Positions 37,528 to 49,795 of a stretch of 64,000 nucleotides of DNA are shown here, in pieces (the stretch's first letter is position 1; each line of letters begins with the position of its first letter). The notes beneath the pieces were generated by a model. The model was not told the origin of the DNA, searched no databases, and saw nothing but the letters and a program-made list of their open reading frames with translations. The stretch is taken from assembly GCA_040357565.1 (NCBI GenBank), contig JBDODJ010000047.1; one strand, written 5' to 3'. Source of the DNA: Cercozoa sp. M6MM. Taxonomy: Eukaryota > Protista > Endomyxa: Ascetosporea. Made by a program: the position numbers and the translations under genes.

Positions 37528-38406
37528 CCGCAGCCCTCTCAGATAGGGATCAGACCTTGGTAAATTGAGGGTACTTTGCCAGTCATACAAAAATCTAAGG
37601 AACGTTAGAAATCTGTTCTTGGCGGGAGAGTGGCCGAGTGTCAGTTTGAAAGAGTGGATCACCCCAACGTTCAGTTGGGCGGCAAAGCACTGGTGCACGG
37701 GCATGAAACCCGTCAGATGATTTTATTGAGTGGCGTGAAGTAAGGAACAAGGAACAAGGAGGGCCTCTAGAAAGGCGCAGGACGGGCAGAAGTGAGACAA
37801 CTGGTCCTGGAGAGATCAGAATACCCTGGTCGAGAATGAGCCCTTCTTTGAGTTTAGCTTCAGGAGCTTGCTCAAGGCTTCCCTACTCAAACACAGGTGT
37901 AGGTTTTTTGTAAGTTGTTACGGCATAGAGTTTCTCAACCAGTCAAGTTTTCATTTGACTACTCGTCAGCGCGGACGATCAAATCTAAACCAGTGTGGTT
38001 TATAGTGAAGGATTTGTTTTGCTAGGTATCTCCTGCATTACATCCTGAGGCTTCCACCTTGCATTGTCAAGTGTTGTGCAGACCTGACTTCCTAGCTTGG
38101 GTCAAGCTTTCTACAGCTCACGCACTTTGACTGCAGGTATCTCTTCTCCAGTTTCCTTCTACGGAGCTCTTGTCCCTTCGCACTTGATACGTTCTGTCGT
38201 GATAGTGCCTGGGCTGTTCTTTTTAATTGCCATCAACAAGCATTCAAGCTTTCGACGACCTTTTCTACAAGGGTATGTCTTCTAATCCTCCGCATCGACG
38301 CCATTCTAACTGACGTTATACTTCCTTTATTTAGTCGTCTTCAATACCTTAGTTACTGGTTTCCATACCGTAACAAAGTCCTAAAGTGGCTTCTGCCCGG
38401 ATACAG
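37528..38406. mobile_element. Copy 2 of the TA-flanked element: conserved core 37528-37835 plus 563-nt interior
   Basis: TA|CCGCAGCC...GGATACAG|TA; 64 of the first 67 nt identical to copy 1. Confidence 0.6.
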
Positions 38407-38489
38407 TAGATCATGCTGTCACAAGCTTGAGTTCAACTTTAAGTGTCGCTTCCGAGTCAAGTCAGACGAGACGGATGTCGATTAAAAAA

Positions 38490-39952
38490 TTATTCACTTG
38501 ACTGCAGTTCACTTTCAGTCGAACTTGGGGAGTCGGAAGATGAGTCAGAAAAAAACAGCAAATGCGTCGGAAGCAGACACGCTCCGTCGAAGTAGTAGTA
38601 CCTGCCGGGATATATTTCTCGAGCTGAACACAAAAGAAACAGATTGCACCGAGTGGCTCGCGAACTATGCGTGTCACAAACAACGTCGTATCTCCTTCCC
38701 GTCTCTTCTCTGCTCAAATCAGCGAAGTGCGTACATTAAGAAATGTGTGAGCAGCGTGCGTACCTCACAGGAGGCTTCAACAAAGGTGGGGTGTTTTCGT
38801 CAAACTCTTTCGAATCCACGTGCAGCGTGGCGCCCACCACGCCTGTGGCAACAACGCAGGTTCTGACGTCGTCAGATCGGCTCAGCAAACTCTTCTTTCG
38901 CGTTTGCCACATGTCTTCTCTGTCAGCACAAATAGGAAGGATAAGCACGCCCTGGTATGATCAGTGAACTGACTCAGAAGATTGCACCCAGCTTCATGAT
39001 CGAGCGCGCAAAAGTGTCGCGCCAGTCTTGCACTGTCTGTTAAGTGCACTGCCTCGGCCACGTGACAGTGTGATGGTTCACTAAAACACCAGCGTGTACA
39101 GGGACGTATACGCACATCAGATAAATGGGATCGGTACCTTGCGTGAACCGGTGAGGAAAAACGCGCGTCGAAACCCAGGGCAGCAATGACTGGAACATGC
39201 GTTCGCTGTGTACCGTGCAGCAGGACCTTTTGAAAAACCTGTTCTTCCTGCGAGAGTCGTTCACAATATGTCAGTGGTAACAAGAAACAAAAAGAAGGGA
39301 GTATTTACTAATCCGTCGCGTGACAGAAGTAGTTCTGTGCGACGCAGTGCGAACTCAAACTGCCGCTGTAGCACATCATTGTGCACGCTTGCCACACCTG
39401 AAACGTCGTTGCGACTTAAAGCATTTAGACTTGATCTCACACCTCAGACGTACCAAGGAGATGCGACTCGTTCAGTTCCACTTGCTTGCACAGTGCGCGC
39501 ACTTCTTCGCGGCCAGGAGCACTCAACCTCACTTCTGGACTCAGCCTCTGCGTTGACATCAACACTCCACACCTGCCACTACCTGTACAGAAGCTAGAAG
39601 TGCGATTCACCCTCAGCGAGTCGAGGAACAATGAGTGCGCAAGCTCAAGTCCTTTGCGTCCAAGATCCCGCATCTGTCTGCCAAAAATTGAAATTAATCA
39701 TCGATCGGATCGCGCGATACAAGCACAAATTTAAAAACTACCAAAGGCTGAACTGCGGTAGCGGACCGCCACTGCACCCGTTCGCACAAGCGAAATCAAC
39801 ATCGCGCAACGATGACCCGTCGGTCCGATAAATAATAAATAAAATCCATTGAGCGACTTTTTGGCACAAGCGCCAGCGTGACGTAGCGCACGCTGTTCCA
39901 GTGTTTGTTTGGTATGTTTTCTTGCACTAATATGCCTCATGGTGGCGGTCAC
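38490..39952 (-). CDS. PARP/ADP-ribosyltransferase catalytic-domain-like protein with a degenerate active site (start approximate)
   Basis: Ordered motifs VHN..L.RQF, VLLHGT....VIAALGFD, VHLTDSARLARHFC, YDVV, RYYYFDGACLLPTHLLFF. Confidence 0.6.
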
Positions 39953-40045
39953 GGGGATGATAAATTCACAATAAGAATTATTGTATTATTGTTTTGCTAT
40001 GTTTGTCTCAAGTTGGTTTTCGTGCAGTGTGCTGCCGCTAGCAAA

Positions 40046-40979
40046 ATGAGCGACTGGTTTTCGCGTGACTCTCATTTCACCCGACACGGTGGTACGTTCA
40101 GATTGGCATGATTACGTGCTGTATGTCTAAGTCTATTATGTTCTTGTCTCAAGCAGGAGAGGAACTGGAGCGCGAGCGACGCAGACTGCGTGAGCGACAA
40201 GAACGAGAGGTGCCAGCAAACTCCTTTTGTGCAGTTTTAAGGTGCGTGTTTGCCATGTTATGAGTGTTTGACAGCGCGACAAAGTGCGTCGCGAGGCTCG
40301 TCGACGCGAACGGCAGCGTGTACGTTCCTTCCTCCTTGTGTATGTGTATGTGCGTGTGTGTGTGTTGCTTTGTGACACAGCACTGTATGGCAGGGACCCG
40401 TGCTGCCAAAGTTCCTGGCGGAAGCAGCTCTGGCAGCGGCGCGCAAAAGCAGCGACAGCGACAAGAGCGACGCCGACAAGAACAAGAGCGGCTTGGAAGG
40501 TGCGTGTGTGTGTTGTCTGTGTCTATGTGTCTCTGTGTATGTCTAAGGATACGGTGTGTTCCCACAGACAAGACTTCGTTCGCTGCACGTTTCGCGTCGT
40601 CGAAACCTGCCCAGGTAGGACAGGTCATAGATTAGGTCATGCCTGTGCGTCCGCGCGGATAGTGATGCCCCCCCCCCCTGTAGGTGCCTCAACGTCGCAA
40701 GCGCGGTCTCATTTCGATCAGCGATTCCGAGTCAGAGTCCGACGACTCTGACGCGTAGGCTTACCCCCTACCCCTCCTCCTTTACCCTCTACCCCCTTCT
40801 CCTTTACCCTACCCCCTTCTCCTTTACCACTACCTCTACCCCCCTTACCTCCTCACCCTTCCCCCTTACCTCCTCGCCCCTTACTCCCTACCCCTTACCT
40901 CTTTACCCCGTACCCCCTTACCACCAGGGAGCAACCTCTGCCGAAGAAGCAAAAACAAGCGGAAGTGGCGGCGACGAAA

Positions 40980-41012
<33 letters not shown>

Positions 41013-44000
41013 TACTTGTTTTACCCCCCCCCCCACCCTTTACCTGTTACCCCTTACCCATTCCCCTTACCCCTTACCTCTGACCCCCTCTTACCCCCCC
41101 CCCCCGGGGGGGGGNNNNNNNNNNNNNNNNNNNNNNNNNNNNNNNNNNNNNNNNNNNNNNNNNNNNNNNNNNNNNNNNNNNNNNNNNNNNNNNNNNNNNN
41201 NNNNNNNNNNNNNNCCCCCCCCCCCAGTGACGAAGACGTGCCGGTGTTTGCGCGGCACAAGCGCACGAAGAAGCAGTCGCTGGTGACGCTTGCGGCAGAG
41301 GTGGCTACTTCTGTCGGTCCCTCTGTCGGTCCCTCTGTCTCCGCGCGGAAGGAGGACACGGGACCTGCCGACTTTGGTCCGCTGCCTGAGGCACCCGAGG
41401 TATCACTCCACTCCCATACACCCTACTTACCCCCCTTACCCCCTACTTACCCCCTTACCCCCCTGGCGCCCGGGGGGGGGGCGGAGGCCATACCCCATAC
41501 CCCATACCCTTACCCCTTACCCCTACCCTTACCCTTACCCTTACCCTTACCCCCCCCCAGGAGGAGGGTTTCGCGCCGCTGCCGGAGCCGGAGGAGGTCG
41601 GATTCGGGCCGCTGCCTGAGGCCGACGAAATCGACGACGACACGGCCTTCGCGCCGCTGCCTGAACCGGAAGAACTCGCTGAGCCCAAATTCACTGAGCC
41701 GGAGGAACGCATTGAGCCCAAACCTACTGAGCCGAAAGCACCTGAGCCGACACAGGACCCGGTGCAGATTGCGCAGCAACGCGAACACAACGTGGCGCAG
41801 GCACTCGGAATCGCCTCGTATTTCAGGTGTGCCTTTTTGTTGTTTTTCCTTGTTGTTGTTTTTCCTTGTTGTTGTTTTTCCTTGTTGTTGTTTTTCCTTG
41901 TTGTTGTTTTTCCTTGTTGTTTTTCCTTGTTGTTTTCCCTTGTTGTTTTCCCTTGTTGTTTTCCCTTGTTGTTTTCTGCCCTGTTGTTCTATTATTTCTG
42001 CTTACGCTGTTTGCGTATGTCTGTAGCTGCCGTCAGATCGACGAGGAGTACGAGCGACTCAACACCATCGATGAGGGTACCTCTATCCGGGGGGGGGGGG
42101 GTAAAAGGGGTAAAGTGGGAAGGGATAAACGATGTGTTGGCACAGGCTCGTACGGCGTCGTGTTCCGCGCGAGGCACCGCCGCACCGGCGAAGTCGTCGC
42201 ACTCAAGCGTGTCAAGATGGAGCAGGTACCCCCTTCCTTTTTTATCCCCCTTACCCCCTCCTTCACCCCCCTACACCCCCTCCTTCACCCCCCTATACCC
42301 CTCCTTACCCCCCCCCCCAGACACTGAGTGGTTTCCCAAACACATCGTTGCGCGAGTTGAATCTACTGCTGCGGCCTGAGGTAGTCCATGTTTGTACTGT
42401 CCATGTAGGGTACCGTCCAGTTGGTACGGTCCAGTTGTACGGGTCCATGTGGTACTGTACAGGTGAGCCGGTGCGAGAATATTGTATGCGCGCGCGAGGT
42501 GGTCGTGGACTCGCTGGACGACACCAAGGACGTCTTCATCGTCATGGACTTCTGCGAGCACGACCTGCGCACGCTGGTGTGTTTTACCCCCACCTCCTAC
42601 CCCCCTTTCCCCCCCCCCCCGCAGGTGCAGCAGCGTCGCGACGCGGCCAAGAACAAGACGCCGTTCACGATGAGCGAGCTGAAGTGCCTGCTGCGGCAGT
42701 TGCTGACGGGCGTGGCACACCTGCACCGCCACTGGATCCTGCACCGCGACCTCAAGCTGCCCAACCTCCTGCTGGACAACAAGGGTGCCCTCTTACCCCC
42801 TTACCTCCTACCCTCTTTACCCCCCCCCCCACCCCAGGCATCTTGAAATTGGCGGATTTCGGCATGGCACGTGCCTTCTCGATGCCACCTAGGTAGATGC
42901 ATTTACCCCTCCCACCCCCTGTATTGATACGAGTAGACCAATGACACCGCGATGTTGTACGGTGTGGTACCGTGCGCCTGAGATTCTTTTGGGCGAGCGA
43001 CGTTACACGGTAGTGCTTGACCCTGTTACCTCCCTGTTACCCCTCTGCTTACCCCCCCCCCCCAGGCGGCCAGTGATGTTTGGAGTGTCGGTTGTTTGTT
43101 CGGCGAGTTGTTGCGCGGATCGCCGCTCTTTGCCGGACGTGGTACTCTTACCCTCTACTCCCCTACCCCCTTTACTTCTTTACTCCCTCCCCTGGTAGGT
43201 GAAGTGGATACACTGCGCCGGATTTTCGAACTAATGGGCACTCCGAATGAACGCAACTGGCCTGTAACCTCTGTCCCTTACCTCTCTTACTTCCGACCCT
43301 TTTGCCCCTTTACCCTTTGCCCCCCACCCCCTGGTAGAACGCGTCGAATCTGCCAGCAGCGCAGCATTTCCGTTTCAAATCGCAAAAAGCGCGTTTCAGC
43401 GATGTCTTCCAGGCTGCGGTAGACTGTGGTTTTGCCCCCCCTCTCCCCCTTACCCCTCCCCTTACCTCCGAAGGCACACAACTCTCCTTCGTCGCTGAGT
43501 CCGGCCGGTGTCGATTTGTTGCGAGGTACTTGGTTCCCCCCCCCCCTGACCCGCTCTACCCCCTCCCCCAGGCATGCTCGCACTCGACCCGGAACAGCGA
43601 CTCACGGCGGACGAAGCACTGCGACACGAGTGGGTATCTTTTGCTTTGCCCCCTACCTTCCCTTTGCCCCCTCTTNNNNNNNNNNNNNNNNNNNNNNNNN
43701 NNNNNNNNNNNNNNNNNNNNNNNNNNNNNNNNNNNNNNNNNNNNNNNNNNNNNNNNNNNNNNNNNNNNNNNNNNNCCTCCCCGTGCAGAGCTGATGCGGC
43801 AGCAGTGGCGGCGATGGAGGCACCTGTGGTTCCCAAGGAAGTCGCTCGACGGTGCCTCTACTTCATTTTTACCCTCTTGTCACCTCTTTTCCCCTCTTAC
43901 CCCTCTTACCTCTCCCTCGGACACAGGGCCGAGATGGCACGCAGGCGGCAGCAGGCGCAAAGTCGAGGCGCTGCTCGCGGTCGCGGTCGCGGACGTGGCC

Positions 44001-44032
44001 GTGGCCGTGGCCGCCGTCGCTTCTTCTCCTAA
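40046..44032 (+). CDS. CDK11: CDK10/CDK11 (PITSLRE-family) kinase with a long charged N-terminal extension
   Basis: [76 protein letters not shown]. Confidence 0.88.
41832..41985. repeat. Intronic (TTGTTGTTTTTCC)n minisatellite
   Basis: Seen directly. Confidence 0.9.
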
Positions 44033-44357
44033 ACTGCCACAGAACCTATCGCACCATCTGGGGTTTAGTTAAGTTATTTTAGTTCGAATCCCTTAGTCGA
44101 ATTTCTGTTTTATGCCATTGCGAGGTCAAACTCAAGCTCAGGCTGACTGGAACGCACAGCACGGTCAATCACGTCAACTTTAGACCTAACTAACTGGACG
44201 GACTGATGCGGGGTTCTTTTGAGGTTGATCGAGCTCGATTGGAAACGAACTTCGAAAGGGGAGTTGGATGTGATGGCCCCAGCGGGCGACACCAGGACTG
44301 CTACAGGGAAACTACATAGTTGTTTCTTAGTCGACTGAACTAACTGATCGAGGTCGG

Positions 44358-45675
44358 TTAGTCGGCCTTCTTGGCCTTCTTGGACTTGCGCGCCGGCGTG
44401 GCAGCGGCAGCAGCGGCGTCGGCGTCGGCGGCGGCAGCAGCAGGCGCAGCAGCCTGTGCCTGTGCCTGTGCATGCGTCAGGAAGGAAAGGTAGATAGGTA
44501 CATGGAACACACAGGTACGGCCAGTCACACCTGCTGGCCCGGCTGCGGCATCTTGCTACGCAGGAACATCTGGAGACCCATGACGCCTGTGTCAAACACA
44601 TCAGGTAAAACACATCATGTAGACTGACGGTGGACAGGGGGCGCGGGTACAAAAGGAAGGGGACAAAAGGTGTACCGGCAATCATGATCCACTGGCCGTA
44701 CTTCTGGAAGAAAGATTTCTCCACAGGCGGCTTGTCTGTACGGGGGAAGGGTGGGGTAAGAGAGGGGATAATAGGGGTGGGGGCGGGGCAAAGAAGGGGT
44801 AAGAAGCAGTTACAGCGCTCGCCAGCAAATACAACGACACGATCCTCCTCTACCAACAAAGAGGACATACTGCATCCTTAATTTAGATGGGGGTAGAGGT
44901 ATGTACCCTGCAGGGTCAGAGCAAACGAGTCCTTGCCAAACACCGACACCGAGTACTTGCTATCGTTTTCGGTCACACCTGATGGTAGTAGATATACGGG
45001 GAGGTAAAGGGACTCAAGGGGATGGATATAAGGTAAAGGAGGACGCCCTATACCAGCACCGGCGGCGGCGATGGCCTTGGTGACGTTGGCGGCCAGGTCG
45101 AACGACAGCACCTTCTTGTCCTCGTCCAGCAGCGAGCCACTGTCAAAGTCACAGGTGACGGGGGGGGGGGGGAAACACGGGGGTTAGGATAGGGAGGTAA
45201 GGTAAGAAGGGTACGGGGGGTAAGGGGTAGGGTAAGAAGGGTAGGAAGGTACGTGAGCAGGTCGTCGCAGTGCAGAGCGATTTCGCGCTCCTCGAGCACC
45301 GTACCGTCCACATCCAGCACCGACAGCGGGCCTGCAGGGGGGTAAATGGGGATAAAAGGGGTTAAGGGTAGTCAAGGTATGGAGGCAAGTGAAAGAGGAG
45401 GTAAATAGACCAGAAACGCCCTCGTCGATCGCGGTCAGATTGGCACGGTAAGACACCTCCGACTCCTGTTTGTATGTGTCACAAATACATCAGCTTTCTT
45501 GCTGCTACATACTCCTTCTGCAACACTTCGCATCTCTTCTTCGCTGTACCTGCCACGTGCCCTTCGTGTAGACGCGCTGAGACACGTCCCACACGCCCTC
45601 GGCTTGCTCGCAAGCATCAAACGCGACAGCAGAAGAGGCCAGCGAGGCCAACAAAGCGGACCAAACAAGGTTCAT
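44358..45675 (-). CDS. Type I ER membrane protein (EMC10-like C-terminus)
   Basis: Signal peptide; EKSFFQKYGQWIMIAG before a TM segment; C-terminal dilysine KKAD. Confidence 0.55.
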
Positions 45676-46039
45676 GACTGTACTGGGCACAACCAAATAG
45701 CTACGGACGGTGCCTGGGGCCAGCCGGCCTGAATTTCTTTTATCTTTCTGACGTATTTACCAGGCTGGCGGTCCAATTGGCCGAGTCAGGTTGCAAATAC
45801 AGTACTGTACACCACTGTGCAGTAAGTTAGTGTATGTTACAGTGCGAGCACGTGCTACTACGCTCACGGGTGAGTGGCGCTGGTAGCGTCACCAAGGTGT
45901 AGGATATTTGGCGGGAACAATGACAGAGGCAGCAAACCGCATCGTGACTGAATTCGAGGCTGCTCTTCTGGGTATTTTCCTTTCTTGTGGCGTGTATTTG
46001 AGATATCTCTGTGTTGTGCAGCTTCACAAGTGTTGAAAC

Positions 46040-48641
46040 ATGGACTGGCGATCCCTGAATCTGCAGATCTTTCAGGTATTCTCTCTCTATATCCCAAGGT
46101 ATCGATCTAGAGTGTGTTGATTTAGAGGTCGACTATTTAACAACCTCGTGTCTGGACGACATGATCGACCTTGCCAGAGGCCAGGTACTGTTTGTAGAGA
46201 CACAACACACCAAATACAGTGACGAGTAGGACACGTCAATAAGTGCCGACTTGATGCGGCAAGGTGACGACTCACTGTGCGAACTGTTCGACCTCGCGAC
46301 TGCGCCGGACACTTGCAGTAGCAACGTTGTTGATGAGACACGTGCTGCAGACATCAGAAGACAAGTCGAGTACTTTCTCTACGCTAGTGTGAGTATATAC
46401 ATATATAAGGTACAGACAGGAGTTTGAGAACAAGATCAAGGTGATACAAAATGAAGCGAAACACGCCACGGAACAAGTGTCGAAACTGAAGTTGGAGGTG
46501 CCCCTTTAACACCCTGCCCACGTCACCCCTTTAACCCCCTGTCGTTGGTGCAGTTGGAACTGGCCAACAACAAGTTGGCGAAATTAAAAAAATCCTCTTC
46601 CTCGGGATTCGTGACGGCAGGTTCGATGCTCCCAAGTACAAACGGACCGTCCAGTCAGGACGACGAAGGTTCTTTGGAACCATCCAGGAAGAGGAAGAAG
46701 ACGCGACGCTTCCAAGTGCCGCGTTCGGCCGTGGCAGCTGCTGCTGCGGCTGCTGCTGGCGACGATGATGAGGCCTCTGCCTCCTCGAGCAACAGCAGCG
46801 ACAAGGAGCCCTGCATCTCTCTCCCAGGTCTTTTTTGTTCGCCTACGCTACCTCCCTCCCCTATCCCCTGTGTTTTCTCAGGTGTGCCGCCAGAACTGGT
46901 GGTGACAATTCAGAACCTGCGATTGAAAAACGGCGCGAAAACTGTTCACTTTGACGACATCGTCGGCATGCAGCGACTGTACCTGTCTGTCCATATAGTC
47001 TCTAGAACAATTCTGTTTATGTCTGTGTGTGCAACAGTATTCAGAATCTCCATTTGACTGTGATTGATCGGTTAAAGCATCCCGAGGCACATCAGGGTCT
47101 TCTCAAAAGCAACGCTATGGGCGTGCTCCTGTATGGTGCTGTGGTTTCATCCCTAACCCTATCCCCTTCTCTATCCCTTTACCACTACTCCCCTATACCA
47201 CTACCCTTCTTACCACTATCCCCCTTTCCCTAATCCCCTTTACATTATCCTCTTTACCCCCGGACAGGACCGCCAGGCACAGGCAAGACGATGCTGGCGT
47301 CGGCACTGGCGAACGAGGTGGACGCCGCCTTCTTCGAGGTCGGCAAGTCGACGCTCACGAGCAAGTGGGTCGGCCAGAGCGAGAAACTCGTCACGACACT
47401 CTTCGCCGTGGCCAAGCACTTTGCACCCTCTGTCATCTTCTTTGACGGTATTGTTGGGATATGGTTTGGGGGATAAATGGTTTGGGAGAAGGGATATGGG
47501 AAAATGGATTGGGATATGGGATAGGGGTGAGTGGGGTAAACTCGCTGTATACGTAGAGATCGACTCGATGATGATGGAGCGAACCAGTGCTGCCGACGGA
47601 CACAATCGCTCGCTCAAGACCGAATTTCTGGCTGCCATGTCGGTACACTTTACGCGGGGAGGGGATAAGGGGGCAAAGGGGAGTAATGAGGTGTAAACGG
47701 GTAAAGAGGGGGGTTAACGAGGGGCTGAATGTGTGCACAGCGACTGGAATACGAAGAAGCCGATCCGTCAAAGTTTGTGCTGCTGATCGCTGCCACCAAT
47801 ACGCCCGACCGTACCTCCCTCTACCTTTACTTCTTACCCCCTTGAACCCTCTTACCTCTACCCTCGTAGAACTGGACAGTGCCTTGCTGCGTCGTTTGGT
47901 AGATTGGCCAACAAGCTTGTTCACATCGCATTGTGTACCTCCTGTGTTTGTGAGTGTTGTAGCCGAGTAGATACCACGTGCCGCTGCCTTGCGGGTACCC
48001 TCTTGCCCCTCTACCCCCTTTAACCCTTTATCTCCCCACCCCGTGGCAGAGAGGCGAGGAAGGTGCTGCTCCGGAAACTGTTTCAGAAACACAACGCGCC
48101 GGGCGAGCGAAAGGTGCGTCTGACGCGTGCCAATGTCGCTCAGATCGTTGACGACCTTGAAGGGGTATCCACCTACCTACCTCCCTACCCACCTCCTAAC
48201 TACCTACCTATCCACCTACCGACCTACCCACCTACCTACCTACCTACCTACCCACCTACCTGCCTACCTACCTGCCCACCCATGTCTTGTTGGTGCAGTA
48301 CTCATGCAGTGACATCCGAAGCATGGTCACAGAGGCCGCCGTGTCGGCACTCAAGCGCGCGCGCGACCAGGGACAGACGCTGCCGCTACCGCTCAACTCG
48401 TTCGACCTGCGCAAGGCGATGGACACTGTACACACCCGATCCACACCTTATGCGCCCTGTGCCTACCTCTCATGCTCCTCTATGCCCTCCCCAGGTAAAA
48501 CCAAGTTGCTCAGAGCGGCAGCTGCGAAGTCTCGCGCAGTTCGACCGCGCGCACGGCAGCGCCACCTTCTCGACGACGTCGACCGTGCAGCCGCGTGACG
48601 ACGATGACGACTTCGACGATGACCCCTTCTTGTCGCAGTGA
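46040..48641 (+). CDS. AAA+ ATPase of the spastin/fidgetin/katanin group (start approximate)
   Basis: [48 protein letters not shown]. Confidence 0.88.
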
Positions 48642-48779
48642 TCATCAGTTGAGCACCCGAGTGTTCACTTGCGTTAATCATCGCATGGCCTACTGCGCTG
48701 TAGCTGCGCTGCTATATACTAGAGTCGAGTTGCTTGACATGCACCAAAGAGGCGACCGAGTAAACGACAAGGCGGGTAA

Positions 48780-48980
48780 GCCGAGTGGCGTAGTAAGAAC
48801 GGCGACAAGCTCTACCTAGGCTCTGTTGTGCGTCCGCACTACGGCGTCATGGAACTCGCAGACCTGGTCGAAGTTGACGCTGCCTACATTGGCTGCGAAA
48901 ACTAGGTCTCGACTCATTGTATCCTCGCGCTGCGCTTCAAATTGTAACCTCCACCCAAAAGTGTTCGGATGCCGCATAGC
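48780..48980 (+). pseudogene. Possible decayed Merlin/IS1595-type DDE transposase fragment
   Basis: LADLVEVDAAYIG, then a stop, then frameshifted KVFG. Confidence 0.25.
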
Positions 48981-49099
48981 GTTTCCTTTAGCTTAGATAC
49001 CGTGACACGACCGGACGAACTGTAATAAAACTTCACGTCGGACCCAACAACCAACCGCGCTGATCCCTGACCATCGCCGAGAGCGGACTCATGACCATG

Positions 49100-49744
49100 C
49101 TACTCAGGCCGCGGCCCGTGCAGCAGCGTCACGACACGTCGCAGCGCCTGCAGCAGCAGTCGGTCGCTCTGAGTCAGCTGCAATACCAACGCAAAAAACC
49201 GTGTGACACAACTCGACTTGCCTTTAAGAAAAACGCATTGAACCAGTTTGCCACGCGCGTCCTTTTGTAGTTTCGTTTCGCGTTTGCGGTATTCCTTGGC
49301 CTACGAAAGCAAATTAGCGGGCAGATGGATTCTGCAAGTACTGTGATACCTCTGCCTTGAGTGCTTGAGTAATTTCATCAGCTGCCGGCGGGGCTTCTCG
49401 GTGGCATGGGGAATCGTCAGCTACCTGTGCAGATATCAACGGTGCATTGTGGACGTTTTGCCAGGGGTTCAAATCAACAAACACACTTGCACACTGCGGT
49501 ACGGCCGCTTGTCGGTGCCAAAAAAGGCCGGCGTGGACACATCACGCCACAGACGCACGCAGCGTTGGGCCGATGCCACTGCAGGAGAAGTGTCACAAAA
49601 CAGTAACAACCAAGCTAAAAATACACAACCTACCAGCATCGTCGACATAGCAAACGTCGGGGAGTGTGCCACACACTTTATCTCGCCACGTGTGGTCGCA
49701 ACACTGATACACAAACACATACACACACACAACACACACACACA

Positions 49745-49795
<51 letters not shown>

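Noticed and set aside
44060-44100. GTTCGAATCC as a tRNA T-loop
   Set aside because: No cloverleaf or acceptor stem
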